A stretch of DNA of 64,000 nt from Chloroflexota bacterium (GCA_965221905.1 OZ244922.1:2048001-2112000), one strand, 5' to 3'; shown: positions 49,714-62,293, counted from the stretch's first letter. A program made the numbers and translations. Notes: generated from the sequence alone by a model not told the origin.

Positions 49714-50433
49714 TTACTCGAGACCTGAACGGGACCGACTCCGGAGTTGCCAGCACAGCCGAAAGAACTGCAATGCTTCGCCTGTGCTTAGCTTGGATTT
49801 TCCGTGCCGACGTTCTACGAACGTAATGGGAGCTTCAGTCACGCGGGCCTGGGTCGCTCTGACCACTATTTCGAGAAGCAGCTTGAACCCTTCCGGTTGC
49901 AGCGAGGGCAGCAGCGGCGCAACGGTCTCCCGGCGGAAAGCCGCGAAGCCGGACGTGGCATCGCGAATGTCCAGGCCAAGTGCCTTTTGGGCTAGCATCC
50001 CCGCTGCGCGACTCATGAGCCGACGCCGCAGAGGCCATCCTTGAGTTGCCCCTCCAGATATATAGCGAGAACCGACAACGATATCGGCATTCGCTAAGGC
50101 TTCCAATAGTATTGGCAGGTCTTGGGGGCGATGGGATAAGTCGGCGTCCATCATCACCCAGTAATCCCCCTTGGCTATAGAGAATCCGGCAGCCACTGCG
50201 CTGCCGAGACCTAGTTTCCGAGGGCGTTCCACCAGACGGATCGATGGACATTCGGCTGCCGCACTACGTACAACATCGGCAGTGCCATCCGGACTGCCGT
50301 CGTCGACCACTATCACCTCGTATTCCCAGGTCGCTTCCAGAGCGGCTCTTAGTCCGGAGATGAGCAAGGCTATATTGTCCCTTTCGTTATACGTGGGAAC
50401 CACTATGGAGATAGCTGCTCTGTTCTCTGTCAT
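49714..50433 (-). CDS. Polyprenol monophosphomannose synthase (GT2, Dpm1-like)
   Basis: 'VPTYNERDNI', 'VDDGSPDGT', 'MDADLSH', 'VGSRY', 'DATSGF'. Confidence 0.9.
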   Translation of the reverse strand: MTENRAAISIVVPTYNERDNIALLISGLRAALEATWEYEVIVVDDGSPDGTADVVRSAAAECPSIRLVERPRKLGLGSAVAAGFSIAKGDYWVMMDADLSHRPQDLPILLEALANADIVVGSRYISGGATQGWPLRRRLMSRAAGMLAQKALGLDIRDATSGFAAFRRETVAPLLPSLQPEGFKLLLEIVVRATQARVTEAPITFVERRHGKSKLSTGEALQFFRLCWQLRSRSRSGLE

Positions 50434-51291
50434 GTGGACATGCGTACGTTGAGAATGCAATCCGAATATGTGTGGGGGAAAAGCAAAGATACTCTATTGA
50501 GAAGTAGCTAGAATGAGATTGGCTCATCCACAGCTACATTGGCGGCCGTTGTCTCCAACACCTATACACAATTGACTACCTCTTCCCTAATCCGCAATAG
50601 AGTAAAGAAGAGGGAGAGAGTTGCGTTGGTATCCTACTCTTGCGGTGTGTGCAAACCTCGTTAACACTCCCAATACTTCACGCGTGACTTGATGGTATGC
50701 TTTCACATCCTCTAATGAAAGAGAGTGCAATGGCTGCAATCTATGTCTGCAATGGGTAAATCATGCTCACGCATCGAAATAGAACAGATTTGCGATAATC
50801 CCGCTTCCACGTGAGTTAAGGTTTAAAGTCTTCCCTGAGAAGCATCACTTGCTAGTCTCCAATTCATTGAGACCAGACTACTATAATTTGCCCCAGGCCC
50901 ACTAGAACAAGGATTGACCATCCAACATTTTAACGATTGTTAGATAATTAAGATAGATCGCCCATCTGCCTTTCTCTAGTGGAACGACTATCCTAATTAA
51001 CACCAAGCAAAATATACATCGAGCTGTGGAGTTTCGCCGCCATCTATGGGGACCAATTCGCAAGAGTGGCTAAACGGAAAATGCAAAGCAGTCGTAGGAA
51101 CCGGTGAGTAATTAGGATTAGGCTTTCCCCTGACCCGCACTCTTGGCGTGAAGTGCAGGGGTGGCAACGAGAGACAGTAAGGGTGATTGGACTGCAGAGC
51201 GCTCACCTAACGCGTTAGTAGAGGCCATAGCCGATAGGCGACTGTCAAGAGACCCGCATCACATGAGAGCAAATTACTTGGATTTCATATC

Positions 51292-53898
51292 GTGAGCAAG
51301 CGCTGGCACACGCATGCGCTTCTGTTCTCACTGTTTTTCCTGATTCAAGTAGCTCTGGCACACGCGCGTGAGCAGCCGTTGAGAATGTCGGATGAGGCGG
51401 TCTTCTTGGCGAATGCCCTCTATCTCTCTGGTAGCGCTCCCATGCCTACTCTTCACGGGGCACACTATTCGGCTTTTGGCTACTCCCTATTCCTAGTCCC
51501 AGCCTTCTGGGTTTTCGACCATCCCCATACAATTTACTTTGCAAGTCTGGTTATCAGTGCGCTCCTCATGAGCACGCTTTACTTAGGCCTATACTATGTC
51601 TTGACATCCTTACTCGGTTCGCCGTCGCGCTACTCTGCTCTCGCCGCAATCTTTACCTGTCTCTATCCACCTTTCCTGCTACGTGCCAACTTCGCCTGGG
51701 CTGACGCTGCCTACTTGCCGGGCTTCGTGTTTCTTGTAGCTCTTTTCGGAATTCTGTTGCGTCAGAAATCTGTGCGCACTGCAATTCTCTTCGGCTTGCT
51801 CCTGGGCTTTATGTATACTATTCACTCTCGCTCGTTGCCTCTCATTCCAATTGCCGCACTCTATCTTGTCATCCTCGGCCTTGTGCGTAGTTTGCCATGG
51901 CGGACGGTGGGCGCCGCACTAACTGCTACCGGTGTGATTTTCATCGGCACTCGTCTTGCAATAAACCATCTGAGAATAGCTAGCGGCACTGCCATCCCGC
52001 AGAACCCGGTAAGTCCGATATTCGCCTACTTCTTCTCTGCGGAAGGATTCTATGCATTCGTCGTCAAGGCCAACGAATACTTGCTATACCTTGTCCAGAC
52101 ATCCTACGGACTCTTTCCCATTGGCGTGCTGGCCGCCGGCTACGTGCTCTGGGGGCGGCGCCGTAATGAACTTAGCAGCCTTGTCAAAGACGTGCCCAGT
52201 GCAACAATTGTGTTCTTCATATTGACTTGGCTGGGTACGCTTACGCTCGGCGCTGCATTTGTTGCATCGGGTCAGGAACGGGCACAGTTTCTGATTGGAG
52301 GGCGTTACATTGATGGTGTTTCCGCCATCTTTTTCGGGCTTGGTCTTGTTACCATCCTGCGGGAAAAGCAATGGTCGCCTTGGCGCTTAGCTACTGTCGT
52401 TGTCCTATTGCTTGCAGGAAGCACCCTCGCGGCTACTTTGGGCTCGTCTCTATTCTCAACAAGCGTATTTGAAGCGAGTGCCTATCCCTTTCTTAGAATT
52501 TTGGGGCCTACGCCGCTCGCTCTGGTTGTTGCCTCTGCTGTAGCTGCTGTGGGCTTTGTGTGCTTCTCTCTCGCCCGCGGTCGCTGGCGTTTCCTCGCCG
52601 TCGCCGCCATTGCCTGCCTCTTCCTCCTTACCAGCGCCTTCGGCTACTTCTCCGCTATCCTCCCGCTCCAAGAGCGTGTCGCCCGCTCCTCCACCCTCGC
52701 TGCCTACATCCGTACTTACCTCGGCTCCCCTCCCACCATCGCCTACGACACCACTTACTATCATCCGTTGACTTACTTCACTTACGAATACCTCCTGCCG
52801 CACACACGGTTTATTCCCTTTGACGGCGCTGCGGGCGAACTACCGCCGGCTCCCATCGTCATCAGTAGCCGCTACTGGAAAGACGCCGATACCTTAGACG
52901 CACGCTTCTGGCAGGCTGAACACCATGTCCCTCTCGTCGGCGCCGATCAAGCCCTCTGGACACTCCCCGGCCCTGTTCAGTCTGCCCTGCTTCCACACCT
53001 GGACTACGCCAATGCCGTCCTCGGCCTCCATGCCCTCCCTGCCTGGAGCATCGTGACCCCTGCCGGCATTGCCGTCCAACCCTCCTGGGGTCTGCGCCAG
53101 CACGGCCTCTTCCACCCTACCGATTACAGTGATACTATCCCGCCAGTCCGGTTCACTTCCCTTGCCTCTTTCCATGTACCCACCGCAGACCACCCACCGC
53201 AAGCCCTCCTCCTCAACCTCATCAGTACCGTCAATCAAGACACTCCTCTGCGCGTCCAGGTCAACGAACATACCCTCTTCGCTAATTCCATCCCTCCCGG
53301 CAACTGGTGCCACCTCTTCCCCCTCCACTCCTCTCCAAACGCTTCACTCACCCATGTCCAACTTAGCCTGCCCTCCGCTGACAGCACGCAACCGGCTCTC
53401 ATGGTCGTGCGCGGCATCACCCTGCTCGATCATGTCCCAGCACAGCACCATTCCCTTACCGCCGATCCCCTTCCTCCCAGCGCCTACCGCTCACGCCTCA
53501 CTCTCCTCTCTCCTCCCTATCCCCAACCAATCGTGCGCGGCGCCATGGCTTCCCTGCGTCTCACTGTGACTAATACCGGCGACCACACCTGGCCCACTCC
53601 CTGCGAAATCGGCCAAACTCCCGCCGCCGTCCAGCTCGGCATCCTCTGGTTCCCCTTGCACACCACTAACCGTGACTTCTCCTCTCACGTGGCTGAAGGG
53701 AGAACTGCCCTGCCCTACGCTCTCGCTCCCGGCTCCTCCATCAGCCTCACCGCCATCCTCGCTCCCTTCACACAAGCTGGCGATCCACTGCCTCCCGGTG
53801 AATATGAAGTCTGGATCGGCCCCGTCCAAGAAGGCATCGCATGGTTCTTCCAACATGGCGACAACGTGCTTAAAGTGCCAGTAACAGTAGTACACTAA
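51292..53898 (+). CDS. Multi-TM GT-C-like membrane protein with C-terminal Ig-like domain
   Basis: 'SDE' after TM1, 'GYSLFLVP', 'GRYID'; C-terminal 'VTNTGDHTW...PGEY..EG..WF'. Confidence 0.7.
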   Translation: MSKRWHTHALLFSLFFLIQVALAHAREQPLRMSDEAVFLANALYLSGSAPMPTLHGAHYSAFGYSLFLVPAFWVFDHPHTIYFASLVISALLMSTLYLGLYYVLTSLLGSPSRYSALAAIFTCLYPPFLLRANFAWADAAYLPGFVFLVALFGILLRQKSVRTAILFGLLLGFMYTIHSRSLPLIPIAALYLVILGLVRSLPWRTVGAALTATGVIFIGTRLAINHLRIASGTAIPQNPVSPIFAYFFSAEGFYAFVVKANEYLLYLVQTSYGLFPIGVLAAGYVLWGRRRNELSSLVKDVPSATIVFFILTWLGTLTLGAAFVASGQERAQFLIGGRYIDGVSAIFFGLGLVTILREKQWSPWRLATVVVLLLAGSTLAATLGSSLFSTSVFEASAYPFLRILGPTPLALVVASAVAAVGFVCFSLARGRWRFLAVAAIACLFLLTSAFGYFSAILPLQERVARSSTLAAYIRTYLGSPPTIAYDTTYYHPLTYFTYEYLLPHTRFIPFDGAAGELPPAPIVISSRYWKDADTLDARFWQAEHHVPLVGADQALWTLPGPVQSALLPHLDYANAVLGLHALPAWSIVTPAGIAVQPSWGLRQHGLFHPTDYSDTIPPVRFTSLASFHVPTADHPPQALLLNLISTVNQDTPLRVQVNEHTLFANSIPPGNWCHLFPLHSSPNASLTHVQLSLPSADSTQPALMVVRGITLLDHVPAQHHSLTADPLPPSAYRSRLTLLSPPYPQPIVRGAMASLRLTVTNTGDHTWPTPCEIGQTPAAVQLGILWFPLHTTNRDFSSHVAEGRTALPYALAPGSSISLTAILAPFTQAGDPLPPGEYEVWIGPVQEGIAWFFQHGDNVLKVPVTVVH

Positions 53899-54045
53899 CC
53901 CTTGCGTTGCGTAAGAACTCTAATGGGCAATTGTCCAGGCAGAGCAAAGAGCTTCGGACAGCACGAGCCGCAGACCTATTGCTCTCAATCGAATGGCAAT
54001 TGAGGCGTGGATTGGCGCAAGACCAAATGACAGGAGTATGACACA

Positions 54046-55173
54046 GTGTCTAACCCTCCGACGATCGGCGTACTTGGCATAGGACAGCGCGGACTGCAGC
54101 ACCTTGCAGCGCTTTGGCGCTTGCAGGAGATGGAGCTCGCGCGAATAGTCGCTCTTGCGGACATGCACCCGCCGAATCTGGAAGAAGCCAAGATTCGGCG
54201 GTATATTCCGGACTACCGGCAAGGAGAGATTCGCTGTTACAACGCATTCGATAGGCTCATGGCTGAAGAAGAATTGGACGCGCTCTACGTTTGCATTCCC
54301 CCGAACCGCCACAACGGGGAAGTCGTCTGCGCAGCAGAACGGGGCATACACCTCTTCGTGGAAAAACCCATGAGTCTCGTCCTCGATGAGGCTCTCGCTA
54401 TGAATGCCGCCATCAAGCGCAGCGGTGTGATCGCCGCCGTAGGTTTCCAGCAACGTTACGATGCATGGCATGCCGCTATGCACGAGTATCTACAAGGAAA
54501 GCGCGTCGTAATGGCTACCATGGTGCATACGGGCAACGTGGAGAGCCACAATGCAAAACACACGCCGACCGAAGCCCTTGGCGGACCGGCCAGCCGGGTG
54601 TGGACCGCGTATCAAGATTGGTCCGGCAACAGCGTTGTGGAAGCCGGCATTCACCAGACCGACCTGATGCGCTTCTGGTGCGGCGAGATTGACTCGGTAC
54701 AAGCAAACTATGTGCCTCGCGACCCCGCTCTTGTCGCTACCGAGGGCGATAATCCGATGGCGTATAGCGTAACCTACACTTTTGCGAATGGAGCGGTAGG
54801 CCATCTCATTATGTCGCGTTTAGCGGGCGTCTTTCACCAGGAGGCCTACATGCACGTACTTTGGGATCACGGCCATCTCAGCGTGGAATCGAGTGGGCCG
54901 GTCGCCTACTTCTACGATGGCGCGTATCCGCCCGGGGCACCTCCGGCCGCTGAAGTCTTGCGCCATCCCTTGCAGGCAGGGGATCGCGGTGACTCCACGT
55001 TCGAGGTGAATCGTGCCTTTGTGCAAGCGGTTGCACACCATGATCCTTCAGCCGTCCGCAGCCCGTTCCACGACGCCATGCATAGCCTTGCCGCCGTCCT
55101 TGGCGCGAATATTTCTAGTATGCGCAACGGCGCGCGCGTATCCTTAGAAGAGCTCTTAAGAAGCCCCCGTTAA
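54046..55173 (+). CDS. Gfo/Idh/MocA family oxidoreductase
   Basis: GIGQRG, 'FVEKP', 'VGFQQRY', 'EAGIHQTD'. Confidence 0.9.
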   Translation: MSNPPTIGVLGIGQRGLQHLAALWRLQEMELARIVALADMHPPNLEEAKIRRYIPDYRQGEIRCYNAFDRLMAEEELDALYVCIPPNRHNGEVVCAAERGIHLFVEKPMSLVLDEALAMNAAIKRSGVIAAVGFQQRYDAWHAAMHEYLQGKRVVMATMVHTGNVESHNAKHTPTEALGGPASRVWTAYQDWSGNSVVEAGIHQTDLMRFWCGEIDSVQANYVPRDPALVATEGDNPMAYSVTYTFANGAVGHLIMSRLAGVFHQEAYMHVLWDHGHLSVESSGPVAYFYDGAYPPGAPPAAEVLRHPLQAGDRGDSTFEVNRAFVQAVAHHDPSAVRSPFHDAMHSLAAVLGANISSMRNGARVSLEELLRSPR

Positions 55174-55280
55174 GGCGCCTTCAGCGGAACACTTAGAGGG
55201 TCTCGCGCAAAGGTAGACAAATCGAAAAGCTTGTGAAATAATGCACATGCATTTGGATGCATGCACTTGCGCTGGATGCT

Positions 55281-55309
55281 TTGAGGCGATTATGAGCGTA
55301 TGCTATACT
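55281..55309 (+). promoter_or_regulatory. Probable atp operon promoter
   Basis: TTGAGG-17 nt-TATACT with an extended -10 TG. Confidence 0.6.
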
Positions 55310-55329
55310 TGCTTGACGCAAGAAGAAGG

Positions 55330-55560
55330 ATGATGCCGCCACAGCCCAAGAAGCGCATCGAAATCGGCCCGCTGCGAGCCGGGATGTTCGCAATCCAGTT
55401 CGGCTTCGTCGTGGGCAGCTTTGTGCTTGGCGGAGTTTGGGCTGGAAACTATCTTGACGAGCGATTTGGCACGTCGCCGCTATTGGTGATCTTGGGCATG
55501 CTGGCAGGGCTTCTTTTCAGCTTCGGTACGCTGTACCAGCTCTATCGCATGCAGATATAG
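55330..55560 (+). CDS. atpZ: AtpZ/AtpI family protein
   Basis: 'GVWAGNYLDERFGTSP' two-TM motif at the head of the atp operon. Confidence 0.85.
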   Translation: MMPPQPKKRIEIGPLRAGMFAIQFGFVVGSFVLGGVWAGNYLDERFGTSPLLVILGMLAGLLFSFGTLYQLYRMQI

Positions 55561-55568
55561 GGAACACT

Positions 55569-56336
55569 ATGGACTTTCTGGAAGTCATCGGCTTCAAGGG
55601 ACTGCACATTTCACTGGCTGCGGAGCCGCTGTTTCACATAGGTCCGGTTACGATCACGAATACCATCTTTACAGCTTGGATCGTGATGGCGCTCCTCGTG
55701 ATAGCGTCATTCTTGGCCACGCGCAAGATGCAATTGGTGCCAAGCGGCCTCCAGAACTTTGCGGAGGCCATCGTGGAAATGCTCTACGACATCGTTGAAG
55801 GGGTCTTGGGAGACCGCGCACGCAGAATTTTCCCCATCATTGCCACGTTCTTCATCTACATCGTGGTTGCGAACTGGATGGGGTTGCTACCGGGGTTCAA
55901 CAGCATTGGCGTTTGGGAGCACGATGCGGAGGGTCATGAACTCTTCATACCGATATTCCGCGCAGCCAATAGCGATCTCAATATGACCGTTGGGATGGCG
56001 CTCATCGCCTTTATTCTCATTCACTCCGCCGGCGTTATCGTCCACAAGCCGCTTGGCTACCTCAAACATTTGGCCGGCCCCCTGCCCATCCTTATTATCA
56101 TCAACGTCGCGATTGAAGCCTTTGTGCCTGTATCGCTTTCCGTGCGTCTTTTTGGCAATATCTTCGCCGGTGAAGTGTTGCTCCTGGTTATGCGCCTGCC
56201 AGTGGTCGGAGCCGCATTCATGGTCTTGGAGGTGTTATTCGGTCTGATCCAGGCGCTCATCTTCACCATGCTTTCGCTGATTTTCCTCGGGCTGGCGATG
56301 AGTGGAGAGCATGAACAAGAAGAAGCACACGCATAG
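55569..56336 (+). CDS. atpB: ATP synthase F0 subunit a
   Basis: 'PSGLQN', 'NWMGLLPG', 'SLSVRLFGNIFAGE', 'IQALIF'. Confidence 0.97.
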   Translation: MDFLEVIGFKGLHISLAAEPLFHIGPVTITNTIFTAWIVMALLVIASFLATRKMQLVPSGLQNFAEAIVEMLYDIVEGVLGDRARRIFPIIATFFIYIVVANWMGLLPGFNSIGVWEHDAEGHELFIPIFRAANSDLNMTVGMALIAFILIHSAGVIVHKPLGYLKHLAGPLPILIIINVAIEAFVPVSLSVRLFGNIFAGEVLLLVMRLPVVGAAFMVLEVLFGLIQALIFTMLSLIFLGLAMSGEHEQEEAHA

Positions 56337-56411
56337 GTTTCAGTTGGAGTAAGAGCAGTTAGGTTACACGTACCGATCCAGTAGAGGTCACAGTAAGGAG
56401 AAGAGGATTTC

Positions 56412-56642
56412 ATGGAACCGGAAACTGCTGCAAAGTTGGCTGCGGGAATTGCCATGGGCGTCGGCGCCATCGGTCCCGGTTTGGGTATCGGTATCGCCGT
56501 TCGCGGCGCGATGGAAGCAATCGGCCGCAACCCGGAAGCAGCGAATGACGTGCGCAACACCCTTATCATCGGCGCGGGCTTGGCGGAAGCAATCGCCATC
56601 TATTCGTTGCTCACGGCAATTCTGCTTATCTTCCTCGGCTAA
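56412..56642 (+). CDS. atpE: ATP synthase F0 subunit c
   Basis: Gly-rich helix, 'GRNPE' loop, 'LAEAIAIY'. Confidence 0.97.
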   Translation: MEPETAAKLAAGIAMGVGAIGPGLGIGIAVRGAMEAIGRNPEAANDVRNTLIIGAGLAEAIAIYSLLTAILLIFLG

Positions 56643-56714
56643 CGCACCGAGTCGGCAACAACCGACCGAGGCTAGATTAGTGTCACACTAGGAAACAAGG
56701 GAGAACGTATTGCT

Positions 56715-57209
56715 ATGGGCGAGCTGGGGATCAACCCGTTCTATCTCGCCTTCCAAATTATCAATTTCCTGATTCTTGTCTTTCTGCTGCATCGCATTCT
56801 CTACCGACCCGTGCTGAATATACTCGATCAACGGAAAGAGCGTATCCGCGAGGGTCAGGAGGCGGCGGAGCGAGCGCGCACCGAAGCGGAGCAACTCCGA
56901 CAAGAGTACGAGCAACAGCTTGAAGAATCGCGCGCGCATGCGCGTAAGATAATTGATGATGCGGCGGCAGCGGCTGAACGCTTACGTGATGAGAGTGTCG
57001 TCAGCGCCCAGCAGGAGGCGCAGCGCATTCTTGATCGGGCTCGGGAGGAACTCCGCGCTGAGACTGAGTACGCTCGTCGAGAACTGCGACATGAAGTAGC
57101 ATCTCTTTCCGTAGCAGTGGCCGGGAAGCTCATTCAAGATAGCCTCGATACAGAGAAGAATCGCGAGCTTGTGGCGCGCCTCATTTCAGATATGGAAGAG
57201 CCAACGTGA
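56715..57209 (+). CDS. atpF: ATP synthase F0 subunit b
   Basis: 'QIINFLIL', coiled coil, operon position. Confidence 0.96.
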   Translation: MGELGINPFYLAFQIINFLILVFLLHRILYRPVLNILDQRKERIREGQEAAERARTEAEQLRQEYEQQLEESRAHARKIIDDAAAAAERLRDESVVSAQQEAQRILDRAREELRAETEYARRELRHEVASLSVAVAGKLIQDSLDTEKNRELVARLISDMEEPT

Positions 57210-57739
57210 GCAGTTCCATCAATGTGCGTCGCTACACGCGTGGTGTGTTGCACTACGCTGAGCAAACGAACACCCTCGACCTGTGGCGACGCGATTTTCC
57301 GGTTCTCCTAGCGATTGGTGAGGATCGGACGGTGCGAAAGTTCTTAGAAAACCCGCGCCTTTCAGTAGCTAGGCGTTTGGAAGTCGTTCTTGGGTCTATT
57401 GGCGACCATGTCTCTGCCGCCGGTCAAGAGTTGTTGCGCGTTCTTATCGAAGATCGCGCAGTGCGCATTCTGCCGCAACTCGCAAGGCAAGTTTTGCGGG
57501 AAGCTGACCGCATCGAAGGAATTGCGCGTGTGCACGTGACCAGCGCTGAATCCCTGACTGAAGACCTGCGCGAGAAACTTCAGGGATCCCTGGGAAGGGA
57601 CGGCCGAAAGGTTATCTTGGAGGAATCAGTAGATCCCGCAATCATCGGCGGCTTGATCCTGCGTGAGGAAGACCGCTTACTCGATCTCAGTGTCAATGCG
57701 TCGCTCAGAGCGATGGAGGAGCAATTGGCGCGCGTATGA
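57206..57739 (+). CDS. atpH: ATP synthase delta subunit
   Basis: 'VTSAESL', 'VDPAIIGG', 'DLSV'. Confidence 0.94.
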   Translation: MSSSINVRRYTRGVLHYAEQTNTLDLWRRDFPVLLAIGEDRTVRKFLENPRLSVARRLEVVLGSIGDHVSAAGQELLRVLIEDRAVRILPQLARQVLREADRIEGIARVHVTSAESLTEDLREKLQGSLGRDGRKVILEESVDPAIIGGLILREEDRLLDLSVNASLRAMEEQLARV

Positions 57740-57770
57740 CTGCGCCGGTATGAAAAGGAGAGAGGGCCTC

Positions 57771-59303
57771 TTGAGCATCAAATCTGAAGATATTGCCTCA
57801 GTGCTACGCCAGCAAATTGAATCGTTCGATCGCCCGAGCGAGGCGGTTAACGTGGGCACAGTCGTTGAAGCGGGGGACGGCATCGCTCGTATCTTCGGCC
57901 TTTCAGGAGTAATGAGTAGCGAGATTCTGGAGTTTTCCAACGGTGTATTCGGTTTGGCGCTCAACCTAGAGGAAGACACCGTCGGCGCGGTCATTATGGG
58001 CCCTTATGAGGAGATTAAAGAGGGTGATGAGGTACGGGGCACAGGTCGTGTCATGTCGGTGCCAATTGGCCCGGAACTGGCGGGCCGTGTGGTCAACTCG
58101 CTGGGCCATCCTGTTGACGGCAAAGGGCCGATCAATACCGCTGAGACCAGTGTTATCGAGAAGGTAGCTCCCGGTGTAGTTACCCGTGAGAGCGTGAATG
58201 TCCCGTTGCAAACCGGCATCAAGGCCATCGACTCGATGATTCCGATCGGCCGCGGCCAGCGTGAGCTCATCATTGGCGACCGGCAAACGGGCAAGACAGC
58301 TATCGCCCTCGACACCATCATCAACCAAAAGGGCAAGGGCGTAACCTGCATATACGTCGCAATCGGCCAGAAACAGTCTGACATCGCCAACGTGACGGCG
58401 ATTCTCGATCGCCATGGTGCGATGGACCACACCATCATCATAGCCGCAGGCGCGTCTGATCCCGCGGCATTGCTCTACTTAGCCCCATTTACGGGCTGCA
58501 CCATGGGCGAATACTTCCGAGATAGAGGCCAGGATGCTCTTGTCATTTATGACGACCTAAGCAAGCACGCGTGGGCCTATCGTCAGGTCTCCTTGCTGCT
58601 CCGACGCCCGCCGGGCCGTGAGGCTTATCCGGGTGACGTCTTCTACCTGCACTCGCGTTTGCTGGAACGCGCTTCCTGCCTTAACGAGAACTATGGCGGC
58701 GGCACGTTGACTGCTCTCCCCATCATCGAGACCCAGGCCGGTGACGTCTCGGCCTACATTCCCACCAACGTGATTTCCATTACGGACGGCCAGATCTATC
58801 TTGAGCCGGATCTCTTTTACGCCGGCCAGCGCCCTGCGGTTAATGCCGGTATTTCGGTGTCGCGTGTCGGCGGTGACGCACAGACTAAAGCGATGAAGCA
58901 GGTTGCCGGTCGACTGCGGTTGGACATGGCGCAATACCGCGAACTTGCCGCATTTGCGCAGATTGGTTCCGACCTTGACCGTGTCACACGACAGCAACTT
59001 GAACGCGGACAGCGGGCAATGGAACTTTTGAAGCAACCCCAATACGCCCCACTCCCGGTTGAGAACCAGGTCATCACCATTTATGCATTGAATGCCGGCG
59101 AACTTGACGACGTTGCGGTGAGCGACATCAGCCGCTTCGAAGCCGAGTTGATGCAATATATCTCTGCCAGCCACCACGAGTTGGGAGATGAGATCAGGGA
59201 GTCTCAGACCCTCTCCGATGAAATTGAAGAGAAGCTGACGGCAGCAGTCAAGCAATTCAAGCAGGATGTATTCCAGCCTGCCGTGCAAACAGGAGCAGCG
59301 TAA
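57771..59303 (+). CDS. atpA: ATP synthase alpha subunit
   Basis: 'GDRQTGKT', '[14 protein letters not shown]'; TTG start at 57771 after AGGAG. Confidence 0.98.
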   Translation: MSIKSEDIASVLRQQIESFDRPSEAVNVGTVVEAGDGIARIFGLSGVMSSEILEFSNGVFGLALNLEEDTVGAVIMGPYEEIKEGDEVRGTGRVMSVPIGPELAGRVVNSLGHPVDGKGPINTAETSVIEKVAPGVVTRESVNVPLQTGIKAIDSMIPIGRGQRELIIGDRQTGKTAIALDTIINQKGKGVTCIYVAIGQKQSDIANVTAILDRHGAMDHTIIIAAGASDPAALLYLAPFTGCTMGEYFRDRGQDALVIYDDLSKHAWAYRQVSLLLRRPPGREAYPGDVFYLHSRLLERASCLNENYGGGTLTALPIIETQAGDVSAYIPTNVISITDGQIYLEPDLFYAGQRPAVNAGISVSRVGGDAQTKAMKQVAGRLRLDMAQYRELAAFAQIGSDLDRVTRQQLERGQRAMELLKQPQYAPLPVENQVITIYALNAGELDDVAVSDISRFEAELMQYISASHHELGDEIRESQTLSDEIEEKLTAAVKQFKQDVFQPAVQTGAA

Positions 59304-60185
59304 GTGCCGAGTATTCGTCAACTGCGGCGGCGAATTCGCGGAGTTCAGAACACCCGCCAGATCACGCGTGCGATGGAGCTTGTGGCTTCAAGCCGTTTGC
59401 GCCGCGCTCAGGAGCTGGTGTTAGCCTCGCGTCCCTATGCAGAACGGATCCGGTTGGTAATCAACAACCTGGCGGCAGTCAGCGGCGCACAGGAACTCCA
59501 TCCCCTGCTTCAAGTCCGCCCGGTATCTCGCGCTGCAGTGATTCTCTTCACTACCAGTCGTGGCCTGTGCGGCAGCCTGAATTCCAACATGGTACGGGCT
59601 GTGGTCCGCTTCATTCTCGATCGCGGCGTGTCCGTTGACATTTTTGCCGTGGGCACAAAGGGACCGGCTCTGTTGCGGTCTGTTGGACTGAGTGACGCGG
59701 TTTCGGCGCAATATCAGGACTTGGGCAACTACCCTAACTTGGCGGACATTCTGCCGATTTCTCGCAGCACCATCGAAGGATATACAACCCAAGAGTATGA
59801 TGAAGTTTATGTTGGGTATTCCCAATTCGTGAACCTGATGCGTCAGGAGCCGACGCTGACACGGATCTTGCCAATTGCCCCAGATGAACTCGATAAGACT
59901 GAAGTCCGTGCTTTTCAGCAAGTTGATTACATCTATGAGCCAGATCCTGACGAGGTGCTCTCTACGCTTTTACCTCGGTTTATCGAAGCACAAATCTACC
60001 GAGCATTACTGGAGAACATTGCCAGCGAGCATAGTGCGCGTATGATCGCGATGCGCAACGCCACGGAAAATGCGGAGGAAATCCTGCAGGACCTAACGCT
60101 CACCTACAACAAGGTACGCCAGACCGCGATCACAAACGAGGTCATTGAGATTGCGACGGCAGCGAAAGCAATCGCCGGAGCATAG
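59304..60185 (+). CDS. atpG: ATP synthase gamma subunit
   Basis: 'ITRAMELVA', 'RGLCG', 'SEHSARMIAM..ATENA', 'RQTAIT.E'. Confidence 0.97.
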   Translation: MPSIRQLRRRIRGVQNTRQITRAMELVASSRLRRAQELVLASRPYAERIRLVINNLAAVSGAQELHPLLQVRPVSRAAVILFTTSRGLCGSLNSNMVRAVVRFILDRGVSVDIFAVGTKGPALLRSVGLSDAVSAQYQDLGNYPNLADILPISRSTIEGYTTQEYDEVYVGYSQFVNLMRQEPTLTRILPIAPDELDKTEVRAFQQVDYIYEPDPDEVLSTLLPRFIEAQIYRALLENIASEHSARMIAMRNATENAEEILQDLTLTYNKVRQTAITNEVIEIATAAKAIAGA

Positions 60186-60220
60186 AATTAATGTATGGTT
60201 TTGCAGCGATCCAGACTTAG

Positions 60221-61645
<1,425 letters not shown>

Positions 61646-61656
61646 GACTCCTAACT

Positions 61657-62091
61657 ATGGCCTCGCTACGACTTGAAATCATAACTGCCGAGCGCATTGT
61701 CCTCACGGAGGAGATGGTGGAGTCCGTGCGCGTGCCGGGGGCTGACGGCGTGGTTGGGATCTTGCCGCGCCACGCACCGCTAATGACTGCACTGGCGCCG
61801 GGTGAACTCATTATGCGCAAGGGTGAGGAAGAGGAGTCCTTTTTCGTTACGGGAGGATTCCTGGAAGTGCGAGATAACCAGGTAGCAGTTCTGGCGGATG
61901 CTTCCGAGCGAGCCGAGGAAATTGACATTGCTCGCGCAGAAGAGGCGCGCCATCGCGCTGAAGAAGCACTCAGCGAGAAGAAAGATGGCGCAGAGCTTGC
62001 GGCCGCCGAGGCGGCAATGCGTCGCGCATTGATTCGATTGCGCCTGGCGCAACAAGCAAGACGCAGGCGAGGTCCCAGACGGGCACAATAG
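61657..62091 (+). CDS. atpC: ATP synthase epsilon subunit
   Basis: 'GILPRHAPL', 'GGFLEV'. Confidence 0.96.
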   Translation: MASLRLEIITAERIVLTEEMVESVRVPGADGVVGILPRHAPLMTALAPGELIMRKGEEEESFFVTGGFLEVRDNQVAVLADASERAEEIDIARAEEARHRAEEALSEKKDGAELAAAEAAMRRALIRLRLAQQARRRRGPRRAQ

Positions 62092-62293
62092 GCATTGCAG
62101 TAGGATTCTGACGATCAACAACGTCTTAAGTTTGTGCAGCGTGGCAGTCGCCAGCATGGCAGTCGTCAGCATGGATTTGTTGCGAACATCACCCATCTTT
62201 CTTCCTGTACGTAGGCCCGTTTACTCTCTATCTACAGCCTAATGTTGCCGGGTAATTGTCGGTGCGTGCGATCTTCTTCTGGAGCAGCTCACT

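Noticed and set aside
51205-51222. attC-like ACCTAACGCGTTAGTA palindrome
   Set aside because: Far too short for an attC site, and no integron integrase or cassette array.
56412-56642. Na+-coupled ATP synthase
   Set aside because: Subunit c lacks the Gln and Glu-Ser/Thr Na+-binding signature; an ordinary H+ type.
62142-62174. 15-bp direct repeat between atpC and murA
   Set aside because: Only two copies; probably a local slippage duplication.
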